Shown: piece after piece, positions 37,690-49,027 of the stretch
Numbering within the stretch: the stretch's first letter is position 1
Layout of the letters: each line of letters opens with the position of its first letter
NCBI RefSeq assembly: GCF_044704955.1
Contig: NC_091984.1
Span: 144,646,001-144,710,000 of the forward strand
Length of the DNA stretch: 64,000 nt
DNA from: Pristiophorus japonicus
Taxonomy: Eukaryota
Direction of reading: 5' to 3'
The notes under the pieces: model-generated
The model's database searches: none
What the model was told of the DNA's origin: nothing
What the model saw: only the letters and a program-made list of their open reading frames with translations
Made by a program: the position numbers and the translations under genes

Positions 37690-39625
37690 GCCGCATCCTC
37701 CGCCAGGATCAACTGGGAAATGTTCCGCACTCCTGGTGGGTCAGTGGCAGGTGGACTCCCTGCCGGAGGAGCTCAGGCCTTTTGCCTAGAGCACAACCCA
37801 TCTCCTCTATCTGGGAGTCTACCTTAGCACTGCCGAGGAAGCCTGGCCCGCGAACTGTCAGGAGCTGGAGGCCAAAGTCGCCGCTCACCGAGGGCGCTGG
37901 ACAGGACTGCTCCGAGTGCTGTCCTACAGGGGTCCAGTGCTCGTCATAAACCAGCTGGTGGCCTCCATGCTGTCATACCGGCTGGTCACTTTGACCCCTC
38001 CCCCTGCGTTTGTCGCCAAGATACAGAAGAAGCTGGTGGACTTCTTCTGGAACAACAGGAAACATTGGGTCTTTGCTGCGGTTTTAAGTCTCCCGCTTAG
38101 GGAGGGTGGTCAGGCGTCGGTGTGCATCAGTACCCAGCATGCGACTTTCCATCTTCAGACCCTACAGAGATACCTGTACATCGAGCCCCCTCCTACGTGC
38201 ATTGGGGACGTATTTCTTCCGCCAGCAGTACTGCCTCAATTATGACATGCAGCTCCTGTTTGTGAGCCTGGGAGGCATCAAGACCCCCATACGGGGGCTT
38301 CCTGTCTTTTACCAGGAATTCATCAGAGTCTGGAACAGTGTCGCCACCAAGCGCAGGTCTCCCCCGTCTGGAGTGGCAGCTGTCCTGCAGGAGCCGCTGC
38401 TCAGGAATCTGCACCTCCATGACCGCGGTTTTAGGTGGCAGGCAGACGAGAGTGCTGTGGCTGGCGAGGTGACCAGGGTCAGGGATCTGCTCGATGGCGG
38501 AGGAGTGGGCTGGATGGTGCCAGACGTGGTAGGACGTTGCCTAAACTGGGTCAACATCCAGCGCGCGGCCAATGCCATCGAGTCGCTAAAAACAGCACTG
38601 GTCCCTGACTCCGTTAGGTGTGCCGAGGAGGCTCAAGCACGTGGGTTGATCCCCTCCGAACTGACCCCCATCCAGACAGAATTCCTCATCGCACCAAGCC
38701 CCGAAACCTCCTTTGGGAGCCGGCGCCTCCCAACTTGAGCCTCCTCGGGGAAATCCCCTCCGTGCCTTTCAGTTCTGCGTGGAGGGGTTTCCTGTACGGG
38801 CTGCTCCTGCACACTCTCAACCTTGCCATCCTCGTCTGCCGTCCAGACACGCCATGGCGTACCATCTTATCATCCGGAGGAGGCGGGGGTCCCCAGTGAA
38901 GTGCACTCTACGCGGGAGTCCTTCCTCTATTTATTGGTGACTTGGCCTGGAGGGTGTTGCACGGAGCAGTCCCATGCAATAAGTTTTTAAGTCGGTTCAC
39001 GGGCTCCAAGGCCGCCTGCAATTTCTGCTGTCTGGAAGAGTCCGTGTTCCTTGTTTTTATGGAGTGTGTGAGGTTGCAGCCCCTCTTCTGTTATTTGAAT
39101 GGGCTGCTCCTCAAATTCTGGTTGCACTTCAGTCCCATACTCCTGATCTTTGGGCACCCTGTGCGGAGAGGAGCGGGCAGATCAGAAGGCCTCCCCGTAG
39201 GACTGCTCCTAGGCATGGGCAAGGGGGCCATCAGCCGGTCCAGGCAGCGGGCGGTCGAGGGGGTTGTTCATCCTGACTGCCTGCCTCTCTTCCGCGGTTA
39301 CATCCGAGCCAGGGTATCCCTGGAGATGGAGCACGCAGTGTCCACCGGTACGCTCGCGGCCTTCCACGAGAGGTGGGCACCGGAGGGACTGGAGTGCATC
39401 ATCACCCCTGGCAACCAAATTTTAATTTGATCATTTAATTTTATAGTTTAATTTGTTTAATTTGCCAGTTTTAGTGCCCCCCCTTTTTGGCCCAGGGGAC
39501 ACTTGTATAATTTGTGTGTTGGTGCCCTCAAAAAAAAAAGGGCACTGGAAAAATGTATCTTGGTGTGTGACCCTCCCCCCGCCCCCCTTCAGGGGGCATT
39601 TGTTTAAAGTGCACAAATAAAATAG
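37690..39625 (+). mobile_element. Tx1/L1-clade LINE 3' half inserted in a CR1
   Basis: LSYRGPVLVINQLVAS, WRVLHGAVPCN..CNFC..ESVFLVFMEC zinc-binding C-terminus, AATAAA end. Confidence 0.85.
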
Positions 39626-39629
39626 TTGT

Positions 39630-41860
39630 GGGAAATGGGTCCTTCTTAACCACTCTATCTCGGCCCCTCATAATTTTATACACCTCAATTAAATCTCCCC
39701 TCAGCCTCCTCTGCTCCAAAGAAAATAACCCAGCCTATCCAATCTTTCATCATAACTAAAATTTTCCAGTCCTGGTAACATCCTCGTAAATCTCCTTTGT
39801 ACTCTAGCTGTGGCCGAACTACTATTTTAAACAGTTATAGCATAACCTCCCTGCTCTTATATTCAATGCCACGACTAATAAAGGCAAGTGTCCCATATGC
39901 CTTCTTAGCCACCTTATCTACCTGGCCTGCTACCTTCAGGGATCTGTGGTCCTGCACTCCAAGGTCCCTTTGTTCCTCTACACTTCTCAGGGTCCTACCA
40001 TTTAATGTGTCTTCCCTTGCCTTGTTAGCCTTCCCCAAATGCATTACCTCACAGTTCTCTGATTGAAATCCATTTGCCACTGTTCTGCCCACCTGACCAG
40101 TCCATTGATACCTTCCTGCAGTCTACAGCTTTCTTCCTCACTATCATCTGAAAACTTCTTAATCATGTTCCCGACATTGAAGTCTAAATCATTGGTGTAT
40201 ATTACAAAGAGTAAGGGACTTCGTACTGAGCCCTACGAAACCCCACTCGAAACAGCCTTCCAGTCACCAAAACGCCCGTTGACCATTACCCTTGGCTTCC
40301 TGCCACTGAGCCAATTTTGGATCCAACTTGCTACTTTCCCTTGGATCCCATGGGCTTTTACTTTTCTGCCACATGAGACTTTGCCAAATGCCTTGCAAAA
40401 ATCCATGTAGACTACATCAAAGGTGCAACACTCATCGACCCTCCTTGTTATCTCCGCAAAAAATTCACTCAATTTAGTCAGGCACGACCTTCCCTTAACA
40501 ATTCCATGCTGACTGTCCTTGATTAATCTGTCACTTTCTATATGACAATTTATCCTCTCCCTCAGAATTGTTTCCAATAATTTTCCCACCACCGAGGTTA
40601 GGCTGACTGGCCTGTAATTACTCGGTCTATCCCTTTCTCACTTTTTAAACAAAGGTACATGTTAGCAGTCCTCCAGTCCTCCGACACCACACCTGGAGCC
40701 AGAGAGGATTGGAAAATGATGGTCATAGCCTCTGCTATTTCCTCCCTTGCTTTTCTTAACAACCTGGGATACATTTGATCTGGGCCTGGTGATTTATCCA
40801 CTTTCAAAGCTGCTAAGCCCCTCAATACTTCCTCTCTCACGATGTTTATCTTATCTCATATTTCACACTTCTCCTCCTGAATTACAATGTCTGCATCGTC
40901 CCTCTCTTCTGTGAAGACAGATGCAAAGTATTCACAAAGAACCATACCCACGTCTTCCGTCTCTACACACAGGTTATCTTTTTGGTCTCCAATAGGCCCC
41001 ACTCTTGCCTTGCTCTTTATGTATTTATAAAACATCTTTGGGTTTTCCTTGATATTACTTGCCAATATATTTTCATGCCCTCTCTTTGCATTCCTAATTT
41101 CCTTTTTAATTTCACCCCTGCACTTTCTAAACTTCTCTGGGCTTTCTGCAATATTTAGCTCTGGGTATCTGACATAAGCTTCCCTTTTTTGCCTTATCCT
41201 ACCCTGTATGCCCTTTGCCATCCAGGGGGCTCTAGATTTGGGAGTGCCACCCTTTTCCTTTGTGGGAACACACTTGCTCTGAACCCTCACTATCTCCCCG
41301 TTGAATACCTCCCACTGCTCTGACACTGATTTACCTTCAAGTAGCTGTTTCCAGCCCACTTTTGCTAAATCACCTCTCAGCTTAGTAAAATGGGCCTTTC
41401 CCCAATTGAGAACCTTTATTCCTGCTCTATCTTTGTCCTTTTCCATAACTACGCTAAATCTAACTGAATTATAATCACTAGCACCAAAATGCTCTCCCAC
41501 TGATACCCCTTCCACCTGCCCAGCTTCATTCCCTAAAACTAAGTCCAGAACCGACCCCTCCCTTGTTGGGCTTGCTACGTACTGGCTATAAAAGTTCTCC
41601 TGAATGCATTTGAAGAATTCTGCGACCTCTATACCTTTGACACTGATTCCATCCCAGTTAATGTGAGGGGAGTTGAAATCCCCGACTATTGCTGCCCGAT
41701 TGTTTTTGACCTTCTCAGCAATTTGCCGACATATTGTCTCTTCTATCTCCCTCTGACTGTTTAGGGGTCTATAGTACACTCCCAGCAGTGTGATCGCCCC
41801 TTTTATGTTCATCATTTTAACCCATATGGACTTATTTGATGATCCTTCTAACATATCCTC
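39630..41860 (-). mobile_element. CR1 ORF2 (endonuclease-RT) in the J-C intron
   Basis: 332-aa ORF 40856-41854 with LGVYYRP, GDFNSPHINW, LDLVLGN. Confidence 0.9.
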
Positions 41861-43064
41861 CCTCTGTCAGAGGTGCTGTCTTTCAGATGAGACGTTAAAC
41901 CAAAATCCCGTCTGCCCTCTCAGGTGGACATGAAAGATCCCATAATTACTACTGGAAGGGCAAGGGGGTTCTTCCCAGTGTCCTGGCCAATATTTATCCC
42001 ACAACAAACATCGTTAAAACTGATGATCTGGTCATGATCTCATTGCAGTCTGGGAGCTTCATAGAATCAGAGAAATTTACAGCATGAAAGGAGGCCATTC
42101 GGCCCATCGTGTCCGCACCGATCGACAAAGATCTATCCAGCCTAATCCCAGCTCTTGGTCCGTAGCCCTGTGGGTTACGGCATTTCAAGTGTACATCCAA
42201 GTACTTCTTAAATGTGCTAAGGGTTTCTGCCTCTACCATCCTTTCAGGCAGTGAGTTCCAGACCCCCACCACCCTCTGGGTGAGGACATTTTCCCTCAAA
42301 TCTCCTCTAAATCTCCGACCAATCACTTTAGATCTGTGCCCTGGTTATTGAGCCCTATGCTAAGTGAAATAGGTCCATCTTATCCATGCTATCGAGGGCC
42401 CTCATAATTTTATACACCTCAATAAGGTCTCCCCTCAGCCTCCTCTGTTCCAAAGAAAACAACCCCAGCCTATCCAATCTTTCCTCATCGCTAAAATTTT
42501 CCAGTCCAGGCAACATCCGCGATTGGTTGTGAAGCAACTTCGGAAGTGCTGAGGTTGTGAAAGGCGCTATATAAATTCAAGGCTTTCTTTCATTGAAGTG
42601 GGTGGGCCCTGATCCTGACCCACAGCCATTGTCCGCGCACTCTGACCTTCCAGGAGGTCACGGGATCATTGGGAGCAGTGATCCTGCCTGACCCCTGTAC
42701 ACTGAGGCTAATTGTAGCCTCACCATTGACCTCACCCCGGTGCTGGGCAGCAAGCTTTTAAATGCAATCTAGAAGCTTCTACACCGACACCAACATGAAG
42801 CCTTGCTGAAGTGTGTTTATACAAGTGTGTCGCAATGTTCCCGGATAAAGTTCTCCCGATCTGTGTGTGATCTGAGCTTTCTCACTGCTGAGCCTGTTTC
42901 CCCTGTATCCACCCATCTACAGTTCGAGCTTCCTGCCAGTGAATGGTGTCTTAATGGGACACTCAAGTCTTTACCGACTCTTACTGTTAACCATTTCATG
43001 CTGAATGTGTGCCAACCCTGCACTGCAGATGTTAATACAACAGTCCAATATGATTTTGAGTATC

Positions 43065-43512
43065 AGCTGTGGCTCACTGCGTTGCACTCTCGCCTCTGAG
43101 TCAGAAGGTTGTGGGTTCAAGTCCCACTCTACGGACTTGAGCACAAAAATCGAGGCTGACACTCCAGTGCAGTGCTGAGAGAGCGCCGCACTGTCGGAGG
43201 GGCCGTCTTTCAGATGAGATGTAAAACCGAGGCCCCGTCTGCCCTCTCAGGTGGATGTAAAAGATCCCATGCCACTATTTTGAAGAAGAGCAGGGGAGTT
43301 CTCCCCGTGTCCTGGTCAATATTTATCCCTCAACCAACATGACAAAAGAACAGATTATCAGGTCGTCATCACATCGCTGTTTGTGGGAGCTTGCTGTGCG
43401 CAGATTGGCTGCCGTGTTTCCCACATTACAACAGTGACAACACTCCAAAAGTACTTCATTGGCTGTAAAGTGCTTTGAGATGTCCGGTGGTTGTGAAAGT
43501 TGCAATATAAAT
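43065..43512 (+). mobile_element. Full-length tRNA-headed SINE (Deu-domain/SacSINE1-like); related copies near 37080-37390, 48485-48815, 53630-53925 and 59300-59580
   Basis: GTGGCTCA head, GGTTCAAGTCCC B-box, conserved core, TATAAATGCA tail. Confidence 0.75.
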
Positions 43513-43746
43513 GCAATATTTCCTTTTTTTTAATCACCTTAACATCAAACGCATTTATATTTCGATCAAACTGATCAAGTGAGGCAAAGAAGCTTAAGAA
43601 TTCGTGTTGCTCGCCTCTAATGGTTAATCACCAGCCAGGAGTTCATTAACCCAACTCTCCGTTATCCGATGTGAATTATCCCCACACGGAAACACACACA
43701 CACACACTAATATACATCTATTAAACATCCTTCTCCTCCCTTTCAG

Positions 43747-44075
43747 GCCGAGGGAAGACACCACCCACGCTGACCCTGCTGCCCCCCTCCCTGGAGGAGG
43801 TCACGACCAAGGGCACTGCCACCCTGGTGTGCCTCGCCGATCACTTCTACCCCGATGCGGTGGAGGTGGAGTGGAAGAAGGACGGGGCGACCATTTCGGC
43901 CGGGGTCCAGACCAGCGACTACCTGCGAGCTTCGGACAACACCTACAGTGTCAGCAGCCTGCTGACCCTCTCTGGCTCCGACTGGGAGTCCAACGCCAGC
44001 TTCTCCTGCAGCCTCACCCACGAGAGCCTCTCCTCTCCCCTCAGCAAGGGAGTCAGGAGAGCAGAATGTGTGTAG
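43747..44075 (+). CDS. IGKC: Immunoglobulin light chain kappa-type constant exon of the complete V-J-C cluster
   Basis: TTTCAG acceptor in frame with J; (S)RGKTPPTLTLLPPSLEEVTTKGTATLVCLADHFYPD..FSCSLTHE..AECV*. Confidence 0.96.
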
Positions 44076-44246
44076 TGTGTCAGGGACAGTCCGCGGGGGA
44101 GACACAACTTTAAATAGAACAAGGGGTGAGCCGGGAGGCCAAAGGTCATTGTCAGCACTGCATTTCTACTATCTTCCTTCTCGGGATTGGGTCAGGGAAA
44201 GCATCTGAGGGTCAGGGGGTAAGGCAAGTTATTGGGGCAGTGTCAG

Positions 44247-44445
44247 GGGAGCTTTACTCTGTATCTAACCCGTCCTGTACCTGCCCTGGGAGTGTTTGAT
44301 GGGACAGTGTAGAGGGAGCTTTACTCTGTATCTAACCCGTGCTGTACCTGCCCTGGAAGTGTTTGATGGGACAGTGTAGAGGGAGCTTTACTCTGTATCT
44401 AACCCGTGCTGTACCTGCCCTGGAAGTGTTTAATGGGACAGTGTT
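44247..44445. repeat. 67-bp tandem repeat x3 in the C 3' UTR
   Basis: GGGAGCTTTACTCTGTATCTAACCCGTGCTGTACCTGCCCTGG..GGGACAGTGT; a single unit in the left copy (about 6730-6800). Confidence 0.9.
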
Positions 44446-44638
44446 GACTCGTGCTGCCAATAAAACCTCTCGAAGATGCTGAAGACTGTCAGCAGAGTAA
44501 AACTAATGTTAAACTGCAAAGTGCCGCTTCAGTAAGCAGACCCCCTCCCTGCTCACCCTGCTGTTACAATTCAAGGTTTTGTCCCCGTTTAAAGGGACAG
44601 GATTCTCACGGTGTGGAGAAAATTCCCACAACTGTTTT

Positions 44639-44644
44639 AATAAA
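44639..44644 (+). terminator. Candidate polyA signal AATAAA (alternatives at 44459 and 44734)
   Basis: Read directly; shared with the left copy. Confidence 0.55.
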
Positions 44645-45772
44645 GCTGCATTCTCCCTGTGAATGTCTCCAGCTCGCTCTCTCTGGGCTGTTTATTCAAG
44701 TCTTGTTTCTCTAAACATAAATCTGTAAAAGGCAATAAACGTGAAGAATATTCAGTCTGTGTCTGGCGAGTGCTTTGGAAATGCCCCTCCTCCCCCTCAG
44801 CTGGATTGGCTGCATTTCAGTAAGTGTCTGTCCTGATTGGCTAGGTGGGCTGTCAATCAATGGCACGAGAGCAGGAGATTTGTTTTGAACCAATTATCAA
44901 TCATTTTAAAACAATCAATTTGACCTCGAACCCCTGGAGTGCACAAGATTAAACACAGAGACACTAAAAACTGCTGGGATTAAACCCTCCCAGTCTGAGC
45001 ATTGGTTCTCTGCACACTGGGGGTGTTGGGACAGCCCCGATAATGGGATCGCACTGTGCACTTGTGCTGACTGCTGGGGGCAATCTGGGGGCAGGAGGCC
45101 AAGGTCACAACGTTGCATTCTCTCTCCTTAACATGTGGCTCGTGGCAGCAGCACAAAACTGTACCAGCTTCGGGAGAGGAGCAGTCAGTGTATCACTGTG
45201 TTCATGTCCTTGAGTGTTAGTGTGTCTTACCCAGCACCGCCTGTAGGTGTGTGTGAGTGTTACCCAGCACTGTTATGTCGGCCTGAGGAGTGCTCCGCGG
45301 TGATGCGGTCTTTAAGGGACTGTGGGGGAGCAGGGGAGTGGAGGGGTGACCAGGGCGATGATCGGGGGCTGACCTTGTGTGGAATGGTGGGGACCAGGGT
45401 GATCGGCGGGGTGTTCTCAGGGAGTCTCACCAATACTCTGTACAGATGTAGCAGGACTTCTCTGCTTTTATACTCCATCCCCCTTACAATAAAGGGCAAC
45501 ATTACATTAGCTTTCCTGATCACTTGCTGTACCTGCATACTAACTTTTTGTGTTTCATGCACCAGGACACCCAGGTCCCTCTGTACTGCAGCAGTTTGCA
45601 AGTTTTCTCCTTTTAAAAAATAAATTGCTTTCCTATTCTTTCTGCCAAATGGATAACCTCACATTTTCCCACATTATACTCCATCTGCCAACGTTTTGCC
45701 CACTCACTGAGCCTGTCTATATCCCTTTGCAGATTTTTAGTGTCCTCCTCACAATGTGCTTTCCCAGCCACC

Positions 45773-46460
45773 ATCATAGGCAGTCCCTCGGAATCGAGGA
45801 AGACTTGCTTCCAATCTTAAAATGAGTCGTTAGGTGACTGAATAGTCCAATATGAGAACCACAGTCCCTGCCACAGGTGGGACAGACAGTCATTGAGGGT
45901 AAGGGAGGGTGGGATAGGTTTGCTGCACGTTCCTTCTGCTGCCTGCACTTGATTTCTGCATGCACCACGGCGATGAGATGCGAAGTGCTCAGCGCCATCC
46001 CAGATACATTTCCCAGATCCACTTCGGGAAGTCTTTGGCCAGGGTCTCCCAGGTGTCAGTGGGGATTTTGCACTTCATCAGGGAGGCTTTGAGGGTGTCC
46101 TTGTAACGTTCCTCTGCCCACCTTTGGCTCGTTTGCCGTGAAAGAGTTCCGAGTAGAGCGAGTATTCAAAAAGGAGTTAGATGTAGTCCTTACTACGAGG
46201 GGGATCAAGGGGTATGGCGAGAAAGCAGGAATGGGGTACTGAAGTTGCATGTTCAGCCATGAACTCATTGAATGACGGTGCAGGCTCGAAGGGCCGAATG
46301 GCCTACTCCTGCACCAAGTTTCTATGTTTCTATGTTTGGGTGTCTTGTATCTGGCATGTGGACAATGTGGCCTGCCCATGGAGCTGATCAAGCGTGGTCA
46401 GTGCTTCAATGTTGGGGATGTTGGCCTGGTCGAGGACACTAATGTTGGTGTGTCTGTCCT
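45773..46460 (-). mobile_element. RTE 3' fragment interrupted by a short CR1 3' end (about 46160-46335)
   Basis: CPTCGRDCGSHIGLFSH and RTE tail. Confidence 0.8.
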
Positions 46461-47049
46461 CCCAGCAAATTTTGCTAATTTACACTCAGTCCCTTCATCA
46501 TTAATAGAGATTGGAAATAATTGAGGCCCCAGCACCGATCCCTGTGGCACCTCACTAGTTATTGTTTGCCAAAGGGAAAATGACCCATTTATCCTGATTC
46601 TCTGTTTTCTGTTAGTTAGCCAATCCTCTATCCATGCTAATATATTACCCCCAACCCCGTGAACTTTTATCTTGTGTCTTTTATGTGGCACCTTATCGAA
46701 TGCCTTCTGGAAATCCAAATACACCACATCCACTGGTTCCCCTTTATCCACCCTGCTCGATACTTCCTCAAAGAATTCCAGCAAATTTGTCAAACATGAT
46801 TTCCCTTTCATAAAACCATGCTGACTCTGCTTGATTGAACTATGCTTTTCCAAATGTCCTGCTACTGCTTCCTTAATAATGGACTCCAGCATTTTCCCAA
46901 CGACAGATGTTAGGCTAACTGGTCTATAGTTTCCTGCTTTCTGTCTGCCTCCTTTTTTAAATAGCGACGTTACATTTGCTGTGCGTGCTTTGGAGAGGGC
47001 GTTAAAAGGAGCGGCGACATCCAGAATACCAGATTTTGCCTCAATTCAA

Positions 47050-47455
47050 CAACAACAACCTGTATTTATATGGCGCCTTTAACGTAGTGAAACATCCCAA
47101 GGCACTTCCCAGGAGTATTATGAGATACAAAATTTGACACCGAGTCACATAAGAAAAAATTAGTGTAGGTGACCAAAGAGGTATGTTTTAAGGATCGTCT
47201 TGAAGGAGCAAAGAGAGGTGGAGAGGTTTAGGGAGAGAGTTCCAGAGCTTGGGGTCTCGGCAACAGAAGGCAAGGCCACCAATGGTTGAGCGATTATAAT
47301 CAGGGATGCTCTGGAGGGAAGAATTGGAGGAGCACAGACATCTCGGGGGCTTGTGGGGCTGGAGGAGATTACAGAGATAGGGAGGGTCAAGGCCATGGAG
47401 GGATTTGAAAACATTGATGAGAATTTTAAAAATCGAGGCATTGCTTAACCGGAAG
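47050..47455 (-). mobile_element. L2-clade LINE 3' fragment
   Basis: FKILINVFKSLHGLDPPYL..AFCCRDPKLWNSLP; GGCGCCATATAAAT tail. Confidence 0.7.
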
Positions 47456-49027
47456 CTGATGATGGTCTCTACCCTCCCCTTTCCCCCGCCCCCCCGAGCT
47501 GCTCCCAAGCCTCGCTCCCTCCCCTCCCTCACTCCTGCCCTCCTCACACCCCATCCCTCCTTCTCCCTCCCCCCAATCCCAACCCTCCCATCCATCACCC
47601 TGCACTTCCTCCCCACCTCTGTGCCCCCCTACCTCACATGCCCCTCCTCCCCCCCCCATCCCCTCCGTCCCTCCCAAACTGGAGTAGCCCATTCGGCCTC
47701 TCGAGCCTGCTCCACCATTCAATGAGATCATGGCTGATCATTTATCACAACTCCACTTTCCTGCACTGTCCCCATATCCCTCGATTCCCTTAATATCCAA
47801 AAATCTATCGATCTCCGTCTTAAATATACTCAACGACTGAGCCTCCACAGCCCTCCGGGGTAAAGAATTCCAACGATTCACTACATTTTCTGAGTGAAGA
47901 GGTTTCTCCTCATCTCAGTCCTAAATGGAGGACCCCTTATTCTGAGACTGTGACCCCTGGTTCTTGACTCCACAACCAGAGGAAACATCCTCCCTGCATC
48001 TACCCTGTCAAGCCCTGTCAGAATTCTGTATGTTTCAATGAGATCCCCTCTCATTCTTCGAAACACTAGAGAGTATAGGTCTAGTCTACTCAATCTCTCC
48101 AAAGGACAATCCCCTATCCCAGATGTCCGTCTGATGTGTCAGCGTGTTTGTCACACGTGACGGAGCAGACAGCAGGAGTTCCACCAGCAACACAGGACGT
48201 TACCTCAGTGCCCGGCCCACTTTCCCCATCCACTTACCACATTCTTACAGGTAAACGGGCTCAGCACCTGCCCTCGGCTGGTGAAATGTCTCCCCTCTAC
48301 ACCACAGGCTGCCCGTCATCTGTTCCCCATCTCACTACTGAAGGCACTACCTCTGGCTGGGGCACAGCTCCCCTCCCCAAGTGGGCTCACTGTCCCAGTG
48401 TGAGCCTAGAGACTGAGCTCCCAAGTGGGCTCACTGTCCCAGTGTGAGCCCAGATACTGAGCATTTCAGGCTAATCGACCGTGAGGTCTCAGCCGTGGCT
48501 CAGTCACTAGCACGCTCGTCTCTGAGAAAAGGAAGAAAGACTAGCATTTATATCGCGCCTTTCACAACCGCCAGACATCCCAAAATGCTTTACAGCCAAT
48601 GAAGTAATTTTTGAAGTGTACTCACTGTTGTAATGTCGGATATGCAGGAGCCAATTTGTGCACAGCAAGCTCCCACAAACTGCAATGTGATGACGACCAA
48701 ATAACCTGTTTTTGTGATGTTGATTGAGGAATAAATATTGGCCAGGACACCGCAGTGGGATTTGAACCCTCAAATTCTGACTCAGAGACTAGGGTGCTAC
48801 CAACTGAGCCACTGGCTGACTCCATTTGGCCCATCTTGTCCGCGCTGGCCGACAAAGGGCTATCCAGCCTAATCCCACTTTCCAGTTCTGGGTCCGTAGC
48901 CCTGTAGGTTACGGCACTTCAAGTGTATATCCAAGTACTTCTTAAATGTGGAGATTGTTTCTGCCTCTACCACCCTTTCAGGCAGTGAGTTCCAGACCCC
49001 CCACCATCCTCTGGTGAACGCATTTCA

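Noticed and set aside
43065-43140. tRNA gene
   Set aside because: It is the tRNA-derived head of a multi-copy SINE.
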